A stretch of 64,000 bases of DNA, taken from NCBI GenBank assembly GCA_028023455.1, contig JAQFVV010000001.1, positions 30,442,001-30,506,000 of the forward strand. Direction: 5' to 3'. The notes below the pieces were generated by a model. It did no database searches. It worked only from the letters and a program-made list of their open reading frames with translations, and was not told the origin of the DNA. Both the position numbers and the translations under genes were made by a program. Positions 12,508-26,755 of this stretch are shown piece by piece (position 1 is the stretch's first letter; every line of letters begins with the position of its first letter). The stretch comes from Epiperipatus broadwayi. Taxonomy: Eukaryota; Animalia; Onychophora.

Positions 12508-14039
12508 GATATTTAAATTACTAATGTAAATTTAACTTTCATAATTAAATAAATTAATGTTGAACCTTTTAATCTGGACTATCTGTTCACATGATATCTA
12601 GACCAATAATGAAATTTATTAATTGCAATTTAGTTATTAAATAAATGATTTATTTAACTAATTGAAACTTATTTACTTATATTTTTCAATTAAACAGTAA
12701 TTTGTTTCAAGAATTATTTTAAAATCACCTTTATTCACAAGTACCTATTTTAAAAAATATAACCTTTAATAATTCTCTTTTAAATGTTCCACCTACATAA
12801 ACACATATTACATATAACCATTATTCAAAAGAAATAAAATTAACCCATCACCTATCCAAAACTTTGTTAATTTAAAACTTACTTCCATTGTAATTTATCC
12901 CAATTAATCGTATTTAAACTCAACATCTCTAAACTCTGGCTTTAAATAACTTTTACTTGAATTAACATTTTATAAGTTATTGTTTTAAAACTATTTATTT
13001 TAGAACTAACAAACAGAGATCCTAATGAAAATTAAATAATCATATTTTGTACAGAATAAAAACAACTTTATTAACTCAGTATACCTAAAACATAATAGAC
13101 TTTAAACTAATTCTTATTTAGATGTAAACTATCAACTGGGATTTTTAATCAAACATTAAATAATATAATTGGTATTTCTTAAGTAATTAATATTTAAATA
13201 TGCTAAATAAATTATTTTAATCAATAATATTAAAACATTAACTAAGTCTTTATATTTTTAACATCAAGAAGGAAACTTACTTAATATAATCTAATTTTAA
13301 AAAAATTTTTAAACATTATAGAGTATATATTTAGCCCACAGGGCCAAATATACAGTCACAATATATATATATATTTAAAATATCATCTTTTTTTGATATT
13401 TAATTGTCTTAAATATTTTTAAATGGATATTGTTTGTTGATGGAAATTGATCAGAAAGTTAAGTTTATAACACTATTACTTTTGAGAATCATTGAAATAA
13501 ATTTACATATTGTGATAAAAATATCTTAAGCTTAATATTATCAATGTACAATTTAGGATATATTTTTAAATGGTAATGTATTATCGTTAGAATTATGTTT
13601 TTCCAAAATTTAATGTCACTACTCTTTTCTGAAAATGATTAGAGGTTAAGGGATAACAATTTCTAAAATATCTAATTGTTTAAAATTCTATTAGGGAGAA
13701 TTTTAGTTTTATAATTAATAGGAAATATAATTTATATATATTTAAATTTACAAATTATTTTTATTATTTAAAGAATTTAATTGGTGGATTAAAAGTAACA
13801 TGATCGATCCCTTTAAAAAAAAAATTTTGATGTATTGAACGTAACATACAAACTTAAAAACCATTATCTTAATCCTATTAAATTTATGAATGTTTTTTAT
13901 ATATATGACAACAGTGATATTTTGAACAGGAGCAGAAAGTATGATGCAAAAATTAAGTTAACTTTTAATCCACATAAAGGTAAAGATATTCAGTGAAATT
14001 AAAACATTTTTTTTTTATTCTTAAAAATGAGAAACACTG

Positions 14040-15340
14040 CATATCTTGATGAGATACCTGGAGAAATTTTAAAATATCTTGATATGTGAACATCAAAATT
14101 ATTGGCATTTTGAATGTCAAACTATCTAATAAGTTAAGGTGTTTCTATTGTTCCTATTAATGAAAATAAAATGGTAATCAAAGCTACAATAATTATCATG
14201 AAATATTATTATTCATTACAGCAAGAAGTACTATCAAGGATTTGTTATATTGGTCAATTCCAATCATAGATTAATACTTACCAAAGCTCACTAGGTTTTA
14301 GGGACTCAAGAACCACTATAGAGTTATTTTTTGTTGCCAGATAAGTACAAAAAAATATCAGCTGCAAAATGATTTTATTGATTTGCTCAAGGCATTTGAC
14401 TCAATAATGAAACAGGTCTGTGTCAATGTTTGAAATTAGTTGATTGTCTACAATGTTTATCTATTGTTACTGTTATACATCATGATGAAATAAGAGTAGA
14501 AAATTTGAGTCATTTGAAAGGAAAATTGCTATTATACTAACTCCAACTTTCATTTTATTTATTACAATGCTCATCATAATTATATATAGGCAAATGTGAT
14601 GATGGAATTTTTAATTTGAATGGATTAAAAGCAAAAGCAATATGTTAATTATTTTGCTAGATGATCTTCAGAATATGCCTTTTGAATTCAACCTCATATG
14701 TAGATTTTTGTTTAGTAATTAATGTTCAAAATTATCAAATTTTTTATCAATTAGTGTTGGGAGGAATAATTCAAAAACTTTTAGTTTAGATGGTTATTTT
14801 AAGTATGAGTTAAATATCCAGAAAGGTGAACTTAGATAGTGAAATGCCATGCAGATTCCAGTGTGCTGATGCTGCATTTAATAAATTAAATGGTATTGCC
14901 TTATAGCTACATAATTATTTCAACAAACTATTTGGGTACAGAGATATTATTTTACTCAGTTTATTGGTGTGAGATGTTTCATAAAAATATGATGGTAGGA
15001 GCATAAAACATATGTTCTTTAGCTTTTTTGAAATGATATTGTATAACTTATTGTTAAATCACATTTTTATTGGATTGTACATGAAGTGAATGAACAGAAA
15101 CAGGTTTCCTAAAAAATATATTTATTATGGACTTGAGCTGCTTTACCATGAGAAGGCAGTTTCTTGTTTATATTGTAATATCATTTCAATGACACTGAAG
15201 ACAATGCAATATTAATTGGTTTCATTGGGAAGATTATGGCTAAAGATGGAGTACAATGAAGAGCTAGATTTGGACAAGAGTATTGATTTTTTAAAAAAAG
15301 AAAAGTTTGTTGTAAGAGTTAAAAGTCAATATAGAAAAGT
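14040..15340 (+). mobile_element. RTE-clade LINE, decayed RT and C-terminal region
   Basis: Broken + strand translation gives EIPGEILK, FIDLLKAFDS and LDSEMPCRFQCADAAFNKL, the RTE RT motifs in the expected order. Confidence 0.85.
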
Positions 15341-17644
15341 TCTCAAATAATGAAACAAATAATAGATCATTATGTTATATGTGCAGGTATATTTACGCTT
15401 TATGGACTGATTTGTATAATCATTGTAAAGCTCATCTTAGTATATTATTGTGTCTCTTCATATTTGTCTTTTTTTCTGAAGTTGGAATAGTCGTATTCGT
15501 TTGCTAGCTTTACTTCCACTGCTCCTGTTGATAATTATCGTCAGAAAATCTGTTAGGATTTTTTTTAGTTAATCAAAGAACAGACTTACTCATAACAGCA
15601 ATAAATTTTATTGGAAATAATTCCATGTCTCAGTACTATGATTATCTTGGAAAATGCAAATTTAATAATGTAGAGTTTGACCATTTTTAAATTTATCACT
15701 AGTGTGACAGGATATATTTATAATACCTCAATCATTTTAACCTTAGAAAATCTGATTTATTCAACAATCTGTGCTTAATTGCTTATGAAATATTAACCTT
15801 TTTTAACATTCTGATTTCTAATTTTAACAATTTATAAAATTAGAACATAATCTACAAGATTTCATTGTTTTTTTGTTATTGTTTTTTAATGTAGATGCGT
15901 CAATCTTCATTTATTATATTTCTTTGTTTAAAGTATTGATAATAATCAATGCTTGTATTGTGCAAACTATTCATTGACAATAGATTACTATATCAATAAC
16001 TTTGGTCCATAGTGTATTGTTTAGAAATCTTAGGATAAAAAAAAGTTGAACGATTTTTCAAAATTTTTTTTTTTCACTTTCACAACTGCATTCTTTTCAT
16101 CATAATATATTATGTTTAGTATTTCTCTGCATAGAAATCAGTTATTTCTCATTGTTGAGAAATCGGTTTTTATTACTTGATTCATTGCTTAAATTTATTA
16201 CTTATATCAAAATAACTAAATATGAAAATTTACTATATCAATTTTCATTTTCCCATGTTTCTATTATTTTATAGATTTGTTTTAGGATGTATTAATATAG
16301 TTTATTTTAGAAATATAACACTACTTAATGCCATAGTATGAAATGTAATCATACTAGAATTAGAAAGTAATAAAAATACTAACAAATTCAAAATTTATAA
16401 AGTTGTTTTCATCTCATGACATTGTTTTGCCTAATAGATAAATGAACACTTTCAGTTTTAATCTTCAACAAAAAAAATTCACTGACAACTTCTTATTACC
16501 TCTAGAACTATCATTTATATTATGATAATTTTTTAATGTTAAAATTAGTTGGCTAATTATGTGAGTGTATAAGCTTATTGCTTTTGTTTTTAATTTATAC
16601 TTGAGAATGTCTATTTGATTGAGATGAATTAAAGATTTTTTTTTTTTTGTAATATTTTTTATTGTTATTTAATTCTATTTTAGTTTATTTGTTTTTTTCA
16701 CTTTACTTTTATATTTCTGAAAATTTGGGGAAAGTTTTATTTTTATGTCTGATGATGGATATTATGTCTATCTTTTTTCAATTATATTTATATTGTCGTA
16801 TTTTTTTAAAATGTATAAAACATTGTTAGAATAATAGTAATATAGTAAATTTTTGTATTAATAATAATATAGTAAATTTTTGAATTTGATTGATTTGAGA
16901 AGTAATAAATTTAATTTTCAAAAAAATTGTTTTAACATTTTCATACATATATAGTTAATCTTTTTCACTTAAGTTGTTTTAATGGTTTTAAAAAAAAAAA
17001 TTGAGTAACATATTCACAGAATCTTCATAAAAAGCTGTAATTTATTACAATTGTGTATATTTACATTAGAAAAGACTTGAAATCAGATTTTCAAGCTCCC
17101 TACAAATATACATTCTATCTTACACATATGATATCATATAAATAAATAATACAAAAACTCTGTCAGATAATGAAAATTATTCTACACGAATAATGCATGA
17201 TAAACAGAGCAGCCAAAATTCAAAAAACAACAATTTGCCAAGCGTTTTCAGTTTATATTAAGATAACAAATCTTCAAACATTAATGGAAAAGTTTCACTT
17301 TTCTCCACCCTCCAACTCTTCAGCCATCCATTTCATTGAAAATCTGAGGATGGAATACTCAAAGCCTTTGTTGATGTCAATATTCTTGTCAAATCCATGT
17401 TGACCCCCAAGTCAATCTGACCCCTCACATAAAGAGCCTTGATATGTCCATTTAAATATACAGAAAAGGGTGGGCAGAATACAGGATGAATGTGTAATAT
17501 TATATACATGTATAGTATCTATACTAAATTTAATGTAATTGGAAGGGACTTGAACTCAATATTTTCAACCTTTTTACAACTATCTACTCTATCTTATTCA
17601 ACCGATATACATGACCTCATACATGTGAAAAAGATATATAATCT

Positions 17645-17686
17645 CCAATATATGTATTTTGTGCTGAACCAGCACTCATTAGTTGG
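17645..17686 (-). ncRNA. Decayed minimal type I hammerhead ribozyme
   Basis: Minus strand reads CCAA-CTAATGA-GTGCTG-GTT-CAGCAC-AAAA-TACATA-TA-TTGG. Stems I and II are perfect; two core G>A changes relative to CUGANGA/GAAA. Confidence 0.65.
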
Positions 17687-18414
17687 TCCAGATCACCATC
17701 TCCCACACATATATGCAATCTGTGCCCAGTTTATATTAAGATAACAAATTTTCAAACTTTAATTGACAAGCTTCAGTCTTCTCCATCCTCCAACTCTTCA
17801 GCCATTCATATCATTGAAAATCTGAGAATGAAATACTCAAAACTCTTGTTGATGCCAATATTATTGTCATAACTATGTTAATCTTAAGTCAATCTGACCT
17901 CTTATATATAGGATCTTAATATGTCCATTTAAATATTCAGAGAAGGGATAGGAGGAATGTCACACCCATGTTCATCTTTAGCCAGTTTGACCCTTCACAT
18001 ATAGGACCTTAATATGTCCATTTAAATATATACACGAAGGATAGACAGAATAGAATATATGCCTACTCCTCATATGTATATTTAAATGGTTATATTAAAA
18101 TCATGTGTGATGTATCAGATTGACTTAAGGGCAACATGGGTATGACAAAAATATTGACATTCTGCTTATCCCTTGTCTGTATATTTAAATGGACATTAAG
18201 ATCCTATATGTGAGTGGAAGGTTGACTTAAGATCAATATGGTTATGACTCTAATATTGGTATCAACAAGAGTTTTGATTGTTACATGCTTGAATTTTCAA
18301 TGATATGACTGGCTAAAGAGTTGGAGGGTAGAGAAGATTGAAGCTTGTTCTTTAAAGTTTGAGGAATTGCTATCTTAATATAAACTGAGCACTGATTATA
18401 GATAGTGATCTGGA

Positions 18415-18444
18415 CCAACTGATGAGAGCTAGTTCAGTACAATA
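18415..18444 (+). ncRNA. Decayed hammerhead ribozyme, second copy (other arm of the fold-back)
   Basis: CCAA-CTGATGA-GAGCTA-GTT-CAGTAC-AATA. CUGAUGA is intact; stem II and GAAA are decayed; the 3' part is replaced by (TA)n. Confidence 0.5.
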
Positions 18445-21400
18445 TATATATATATATTATTTATTTTTTTCACATGTATAAGGTCATGTGCATCAGTAGT
18501 AAGAAGCTTGAAAATCTGAGTTAAAATCCCTTTTAATTATATTGTTCACTATAGATAATATACATGTACTTAAATATTATGTATATATTGTGACATTCTG
18601 AATGGGAACAAGTAATTAAATTATACTGTATCAGTGGTGAATAACTGCATTTAACTAAAAAAAAAAGTGAAATAGCGCTAAAATTTTAAATTTTTTTTGT
18701 TAACAGTCTAAAACCTTATATGAGAGTTGCTTATGTATGTTAGTTGGGAATATTTATAAGCATTTAGTATTATTAGTATATTTAATGAAATATTTAATAG
18801 TAGAAAGAGGGGTGGATTATTACAGAAATTGTTGATATGCAAGTTAAATTGATGTAAAAGATGTTTTATTTATTTGTAGAATAGTGTTTGGTATTTGCTT
18901 AGATAGTTTTCTGATCTGTTGATTCATTGGCATACCTATCTATGTATAAGTAATATAATCAGTGAAATATGTGTAACCCATAGTCATACCAGTCATATTT
19001 TAGTCATGATAATTTAGTATTCATATAGTAGCATATGTGTATGCATGTATGTCTGTATCATCTTTCAATTTCATATTTAATTACAATATAGAATTTTACA
19101 CTTTACAATAAAACATTCTCTGATAACAGATAGAAATATATTTGAGTGATTAATGGATATCTGGATTGGTGAATTATTTGACAAACTAAATTTTGTTATT
19201 AACTACTTTATTTTACTAGCTAATTAATATTTATTTATTTCAAAAGTGTAAAAAATTATAATTTTTTTTATTTGTTTTTGGTTTGATTTGATTTAGAAAA
19301 TCAAAATGATTTTTTTTTCAAGAAAAGATTTCTTGAATATTTATTCTTTAATTAACTGAGTGCAAAGGGTGAACTAACTTTTGGAGAATAGGGTGACTTC
19401 TTGATTGGTGGAAAGAAGATGTATTTAAGTGATAGTCAGTAATATTTCATTATTATCCCTTAAATTATTCATTCTGCTTCTGCCACTTCTTGTATATACA
19501 TGGTTTTTCCAATCTCTTCCAGAAATCAAGTCATTTAAACTCCAATGTTTTTAAACATTATTGTTTTATAAAATTCAGTGTGAGAATTCTAGCTACCAGA
19601 CAGCTTTAAGGAAGGATGTCGGGCTAATTTATACAAAAGGTATATTTTCTTCATTTTTTCCACTCAGTTAAACATTAAATTAACCCTATCATTTTAAAAT
19701 ATATTTATATGCTGATAACTTTAATCTACTTTGTTTGCCTATGTCTTTTATTATTCTTAAGGAAAAAATGAAATTGCTTGAACTTTATAATCTTTTAAGG
19801 AAATTTATGCAGGACTGTTTAACAAAACCTACCATAGACTGTAAGTTTCAATTCTCTTCTAATTATGTTAAAGTTAAATTAAAAATGAAAGGATGCATTT
19901 TGAACTATTCCATGATAATAATTGTGTTTATTATTAATGCTTATAAATTACTTTATTAATGAAGTGAATGTGTGACTAGTGTTTATTAATGTATACCTAT
20001 TTTAAGTCAAGTAGAAGGACATTAATATTACATATTTTTTGTTCTCCTTGCTATGTGGACTTATTATAAAAAGAAAAATGTTATTGCTGAAGGAATTGTA
20101 GATTTTACGTGATTAATTAATTAGCAATGGACCAAAATAATTATATTTGTGCTAACTTATGAAGTTTATGGGAAGCCAATATTTTCTTTCTAGAAACCTG
20201 CAAAAGTTACTGCTAAATATAAAAAAAAATGTCCAGAATTCATTAAATGATCAATACCAAATGGATACATAGCTGAAACTATCTATCTATATCTCTGTTA
20301 TTATAAAAGTTTATTACCCGTGTGCTATATTAGTGAACTCAATTAGCTGTTGCTAAGAACATTTGAGATTGCTGAATTAAACCTGAATTGTGAATGTTTG
20401 TCCTACAGGAATATGTCTCCATGTTCACTAACACATACTCATCTGAAATCATCATTCTTGTCTTTGCGTCATCAGGAAACTTTTTGTTTAAAAAAAAAAA
20501 ACTTTGCAAAGTTAAAAGAAGTGTGATTTTTTTTCTTTTTCTTGTTGCTATTGATATACCATAAATAAATAGATAGGTTTATTATTTATTAGTTTGTTTA
20601 ATTTATGCTATTTTCTTGACTTCAAGAACGTCTCAGATAGCGTGTTGCAAGTCGCAATATACCAGTAAATGATTATTATTTAAATAGAATTTTTTGTGTA
20701 TGTTATATATATATGCCTTGTGTATTTCATTAAAGAGAGGTATTTTTATTTATTTCTTTAAGATCTCGAAGTGAGCAATTGGCTTAGAGAGTAATAAATG
20801 TATGAACGATAAATATTATTATCAGAAACAGTGAAATTCGTTGACAATAACTACTGTCATTTAAAAATTTTAAAACAGCTAATAATTTGTCACAAACTAA
20901 AAGTTTTAATTTCAGTTTACCATTTACTTTACCGTAATGTAATATTCACGTATTATATAATTTGAAGTTATTTTCATGCTCTTATTTATATGTATGTGTG
21001 TCTGTCTTAGGCATTTATTTCATATAATTAGTAAATATTCAGTTTTATGATTCTCTCCGTTAATTTCAGATAATGCCATATGCTCAAAGAATTGAAAGGA
21101 ATTAATGACCTATCTGTGTATGTGTATTTATTTTTCAATGTGTAGAATGAAATGTATAGACTAGCTATGAGAAAGTTATTCGTGATATGTTCTATATTGA
21201 TTGGGATTGAGAACTCTCTCCCTTAATATATCTAATTATTTGCCATGAGTGAAGTATATTCCTAGATTGCGTATGTATGTATTATAAAAATATTTTATGA
21301 AGTTGATTAGTATATGTTCCTTTTATTCTGGTGGTGAGACTGAGTTTCATACCAATAGTTTTCATCAAAGTTAGGTGGAGATTCATTATTTGTCGTTAGA

Positions 21401-24003
21401 TTTATTAGCCAAGAAGTTTGTTTATTCCTCATGTGCTTAAATTTTTCTTGAATGTTTATTTTTGTGTTATCATAGAATCATAGCTATATGTAATGTAGTT
21501 CGTTGTTAAATAAATGGTAAGATTAAATTCTTTATGGAATATTAAAGCAGAAATAGTGTTATATTTGTTGGTTGGTCTATGGCATTGTCCGTATTATAAT
21601 ACTTATTTAGTAATTCATCAGTAAACTAACAAGATATAAATATATTAATTTTGTCTTAATTATAGCATAAGACGTGAGACACGCAATGCAAATAATCTTG
21701 CAGACATGAAATTATAATACTGTTAAATTTATAGATCAGGAATTAAATATTTTGAATTATATTATGTTAATTTACTGCAGGCTTTAAATCATCAGAATGA
21801 TTACTTTTATTTTTGAATGCGTGAAAAGTATAGATATTTAAAGGAATTATTTGATTGAATTATTTAAGGTTACTCTCTTGACAGCCAAAGTTATTAATTT
21901 GTTTTATCCCAATAATTGATAGTGTGACCTCTCCAACTTGTATATTTGTGCCCATAATAAGATATTTAATTACCCAGTGTTGTTTTTTAATTAAAAAAAA
22001 AAGATGTTAGAGTTAATTAATAGTCTAAATATATTCTACGTAGGAATATGAGGGTATTTTTGTATTTGTTAATTCATGTCTTGTAAATGTCTAGTCAATA
22101 AATTATAAAAAATGTAACAAAAGAGATATCAAACCCAGATTAGTAAATGTATGTGTAGATTTTGGAATTAGAACAAATAATCCCAATATGAGCTAATTAT
22201 ATATATTTTAATTGCAAATGTAAATTATTTATTATTTAAAACTGTCTCCAGTTGTTCTTATGTTCATTTGTATTCTAGTTTCCACATTCTACATATCTAT
22301 TACACCATAAATGTGTTACTCTGTAAATTTGATAATAAACATACTGAAATCTGATAATATTGTTCTCTTGATCCAAACGTTATATGAAATACTTTACCAT
22401 TTGATAAACTTATGAAGAAGGTTGCATAATTTAGTTATTATTTAGATAATGATGTGAGATTAAAATGTACCCTATTTCCTTCATTATCTAATTGCTAGTC
22501 CAGTGAAACATCATTCAATTCATTCCATTATTATTATTTTTTTATTACAATAGTTATAAATTATTGTGTAATAGAATTTCTTTAATTAAATTGTATTAAA
22601 GATTCCCTGAGATCTGATTTCATAGTTCCAAATTAATATTGATTTAGCTATTTAGATTAAGACATGTTAGATAGTGGAGTTATTTAATATCATGTTCTCT
22701 GTTAAAGTTATATTGTAGTTAATATAGGAGTGTATTTAGATGATGGAAGAGATCAAATGTAAATTATAGTTATAGTTTATTAGCTTGAATAAATGAAACT
22801 TTATTGATTTCTATCATTTGGTTAATTAACTAATGAAGCATATATTTTATTTTAATCATCAATAGTATTTCTTCCTTCATTTATTTATATTCTGTATATT
22901 TTTAACTTTCTATAATCCTTCACTGAGCTAAGCTATAAACCAGGCATAAGTAGAAGAGTCTCAATACAAATTCAAGGCATAATAAAGTTGTTAATTTATT
23001 CTATTCATTAATAGAATTGGCGTCCTGGGCATTTGTTCATATGATGTGTAGTATCGGTGTTTGGGGGGGGGGGGTTATAATATATATGTAATATCAATAG
23101 TTTATTTACCTATTGTAGAACATCTATAATTTATTTGCTAAACTGACTGTGCAAGATATTTTGTTAAAAACATTATTTTTAGAGGTATTATTTTTTAATC
23201 ATAAGATTAAAGAAAAAAAAAAGCAGTGTTTTTGTTTCCATTTTCCAAACCGAATAGGAAGGCAATAGATGTATGGATTTGATCAAGTTATTAATGTTGT
23301 CAAATTTTTGAATCATTCCATTTTGCATTAGTTCTTAAATTTAAAAGAAAGGAATAAAAAGTTGTTTTTCTTTTTTAATATATAGTTATTATTCAAGTTT
23401 ATGTTGTTGTTTTTCCATTGATCTTCCTAATATATGTAAACTTTTTAGGATTACTTAAATTTTAGAATTTTTTGTTTATCAATTTTAAAGTAGTTTAGGA
23501 CAGACAGGTTTGGATTTAAGAAAAACAAAATGTCATACAAATTAACCATAATTATGTTTATTGTTAGAAGCTGTTAAGCTACATTGATTTCTGGCCATCA
23601 TATGAGTAGCATTGCCATTCTTGATATTCAACAGAAATAGCTATGTATTAAAATATTTAAAATAATAAAATTTAAGCCCTATCTGGGAGAGTTTTAACTA
23701 TTCTTTAATTCTCTTCAACATAATGAATTATGACTTTCATTTCACTAATGAATGTAAAATTTCCTTACTTTTTTAAAAATAAATTCATATAATTGACAGT
23801 TGTTGATTGATTTAATGGCAAATAACTATAATAATATGACATATTATGTAACAAAAATTAATTTAACTTACAAGTTTTTAAACTAAGAATTTATTTCAAT
23901 GAACATATTTAGTTTTTAAATTAGGATTCACTTGTAATTTAATAAAAATGTGCAAAAACTAAAATACACATTGAATAGAAACTTGGATAATAAAATCTTT
24001 TGA

Positions 24004-24192
<189 letters not shown>

Positions 24193-24339
24193 TAAAAAAA
24201 ACTTAATTTTCTATTTAATAGAAATTCTTTTACTTTATTTTTTACTTAACATTATATAAATGTATTATTTATGTATTTATTTTTTGTTTTCTAAATTTTA
24301 AATTCAGATTGAAATTTTTTTTTTTTTCCGATTTAGTTA

Positions 24340-24610
24340 CTTTCCTAATAGTAAATCTTGGTAAACTAACACTATATGACTTGATTCTTTCAGATAACCA
24401 CAACATAGCCAAGAACATATTTCTCTTTTTATTACTCTAGTTATTTTCTGTTATAATCTTGGATAATCACTGGTTACCAGGTAGTAGCATAATTTAATTT
24501 CCTTTCCCAAATCAATTTCTATCTTTTGCCTTTATTAATGGATACTTAAAGGCGGCTGTCAAATGCATAACTTTTTTGGTGTCAGCCTTTGAATTCCAAG
24601 ATCTCAATTT
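24340..24610 (-). mobile_element. Probable LINE RT C-terminal remnant
   Basis: Minus-strand coding-like segment with a weak resemblance to the RTE post-RT region; many stops. Confidence 0.3.
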
Positions 24611-25734
24611 TAAATATGAAACCAGAAATTTATTTAGAGATGGGAATTAAATTGCACTATCATTTGGTGTTTGCAATAATTGGCATAATAGAAAGAAAAA
24701 TGTGTTATAAGACTTGTTATTATTATATTGCACAGTTTTAAAAAATGCAAAAAAAAACAACACCCCCTATTTCTTCATAAACAAACAACTAAGAAAATAT
24801 AGAATAATTTTTGCTTCCACCCTTTCTCTTCAAAAAAAAAAAAAAAAAAAATATCATCATAACTCATAATGCTTGAACACTTGAACTTAACATTAAGATG
24901 AATTTTATTTTTAATAAAAATGTTTCTCATTTAAAATAGTTATTATTGAGGGAAATATTATGACAAAAATGAAATCACAGTTTTGGGACATTTTTATTTT
25001 ACTTTACTAAAATACTTAGTTTATATTATATTTCATTATATTATGTGATAAACTATGGTATGCTTTTTTTAATTAATGCTGGATGAATATTTCCAAAATG
25101 ATGTCACATTTGTCATAACTGTCAATATATTGATAAAGAAAGATTCTGCTACATAAATGAATATTTATATATTTTTAGAAAAATTTGTATATTGCAATAA
25201 AGATTATTGCATTTTATTTTTATTTTTAAAAATGGCAATTATGATTTGTGGGAGGGGGGGTATGCATAATAAATTTGGATATAAAGCTATATAATTATCA
25301 ATTTAAATATATATCTGAAATATTGGAGAGCTAAATGAAACAGCTCTATATACATGTTCATTTTAACAATGTAATAAAATAGTAGAGGGTGTTTAAAAAT
25401 AAAACAGTTTTTAAATTAGAGTGATTTAGTTTTATAAAATTATAAGATTTTTATTTTTTTAAAAAAAGAAAAATAGACACAATAATTTTATAAATGGCTA
25501 TATTACACTGTATGTAGTTTTATTTTTAATGAAAGAAAAACGTGTTCTATTCCCATCTTTTTTTCCAACTAAGAGAACGAGCCAGCAATCCGTATTCCAG
25601 TTATATTAAAACTTTTGTTAAGTGCACTGTCTTATTAGTGCTTTCTATATGAGATTGCTGTCTTTTCAATCACTGCTATGTAGTTTTCAATGTGTTATAT
25701 CAGTTCAAATGTTTGTCGGTAATGCAAGAAATAT

Positions 25735-26185
25735 TAGCTGCCCCACTTGTGATTTGCATGAAGAAAATCAGCATGCAGTGATTCATTTTTTGTGATCTGA
25801 GGATGTCAGACACCCATAATTATTGAATATTTTATGTACAGTTATGGAGAAAGTATTTTGTTGTGAATAAATTTGTGTAAATGGATAGAGCAGTTCAAGA
25901 AAGATTATACAAATATCAGCCATGAAGAAAGGGCAAGACAACCAACCATATCCACAATTGATGACAACATTGAGCATAAAAGTAAATTGTCTGTTGGATA
26001 ATCAAGTGACTGTATTATTTGAAAATCAGCCATGGATTTGTCTGTGCAATAATCCATAACAGAATTGGATTTCAAAAAGTTTGTGCAAGATAAGTTACTA
26101 AAACAGCTGATAGAAGAGCGCAAACAGAAGTGCTGGATATTTGCAAACAAAATTTGAGTCAATACTCTAAGGAAGGTCAAGTCTC
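25735..26185 (+). mobile_element. Mariner (Tc1/mariner) transposase N-terminal fragment, pseudogenised
   Basis: Broken translation EENQHAVIHFL...HEERARQPT...ISHGFVCAIIHNRIGFQKVCAR matches the mariner HTH and linker (GRP, LGFxKVCARWVP). It ends before the DD34D domain. Confidence 0.85.
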
Positions 26186-26755
26186 ATAAAAAATTCATTA
26201 CTTATAGCAAAAACATGGATTCATCACTATGAGCCTAAGAATAAATGATAGAATTTATGAATTTATATAATGATAAAGCAATAAGATATACTATTGTGTG
26301 AACTAAGCCAAAAGTTGTTTAATATTATTTTATTAATGCAGATATATTCATTTACTTTTACATAATTCATTAATTATTTATATTTCAATGTTTATAATGA
26401 AAATTAAAAAGTTATTTACATAATAATAATTATATTAATGCTGTGTATTTAAATCACGTCTTTTTAAGTGATTATATGTACAGAGTGTTATCATGTTGAA
26501 AACAATTCTATAAAGCTTATTATTTTTTAAATGGAAAAAAACAAAAACATTATTTAAAAAATGATGTTTCTAATAGCATTTAAAATAATAGACAGCCTGT
26601 TATTTATAATTTTATAATTAATAAAATCAATAACTTTATTAAATATATGTCTTTTTTTATTGTGAAGTTAAATTATTATTCAATCTGAACAATAATTGAT
26701 GAAGAAATCTAATTATTTGTCTACTAATAAATGCAAATGGAAGCCACTATACTGC

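Larger units (their letters stand above)
17030..18600. repeat. Tandem-plus-inverted array of a ~450-500 bp unit (fold-back), Penelope pLTR / retrozyme-like
   Basis: 17221-17480 matches 17721-17950 directly. 17475-18050 matches the reverse complement of 18075-18600. The sub-unit with ATGTCCATTTAAATAT is reiterated on both arms. Confidence 0.9.

Noticed and set aside
17197-17744. Two + strand ORFs (68 and 84 aa)
   Set aside because: They lie in the repeat array, and the paralogous copies do not keep the frames open.
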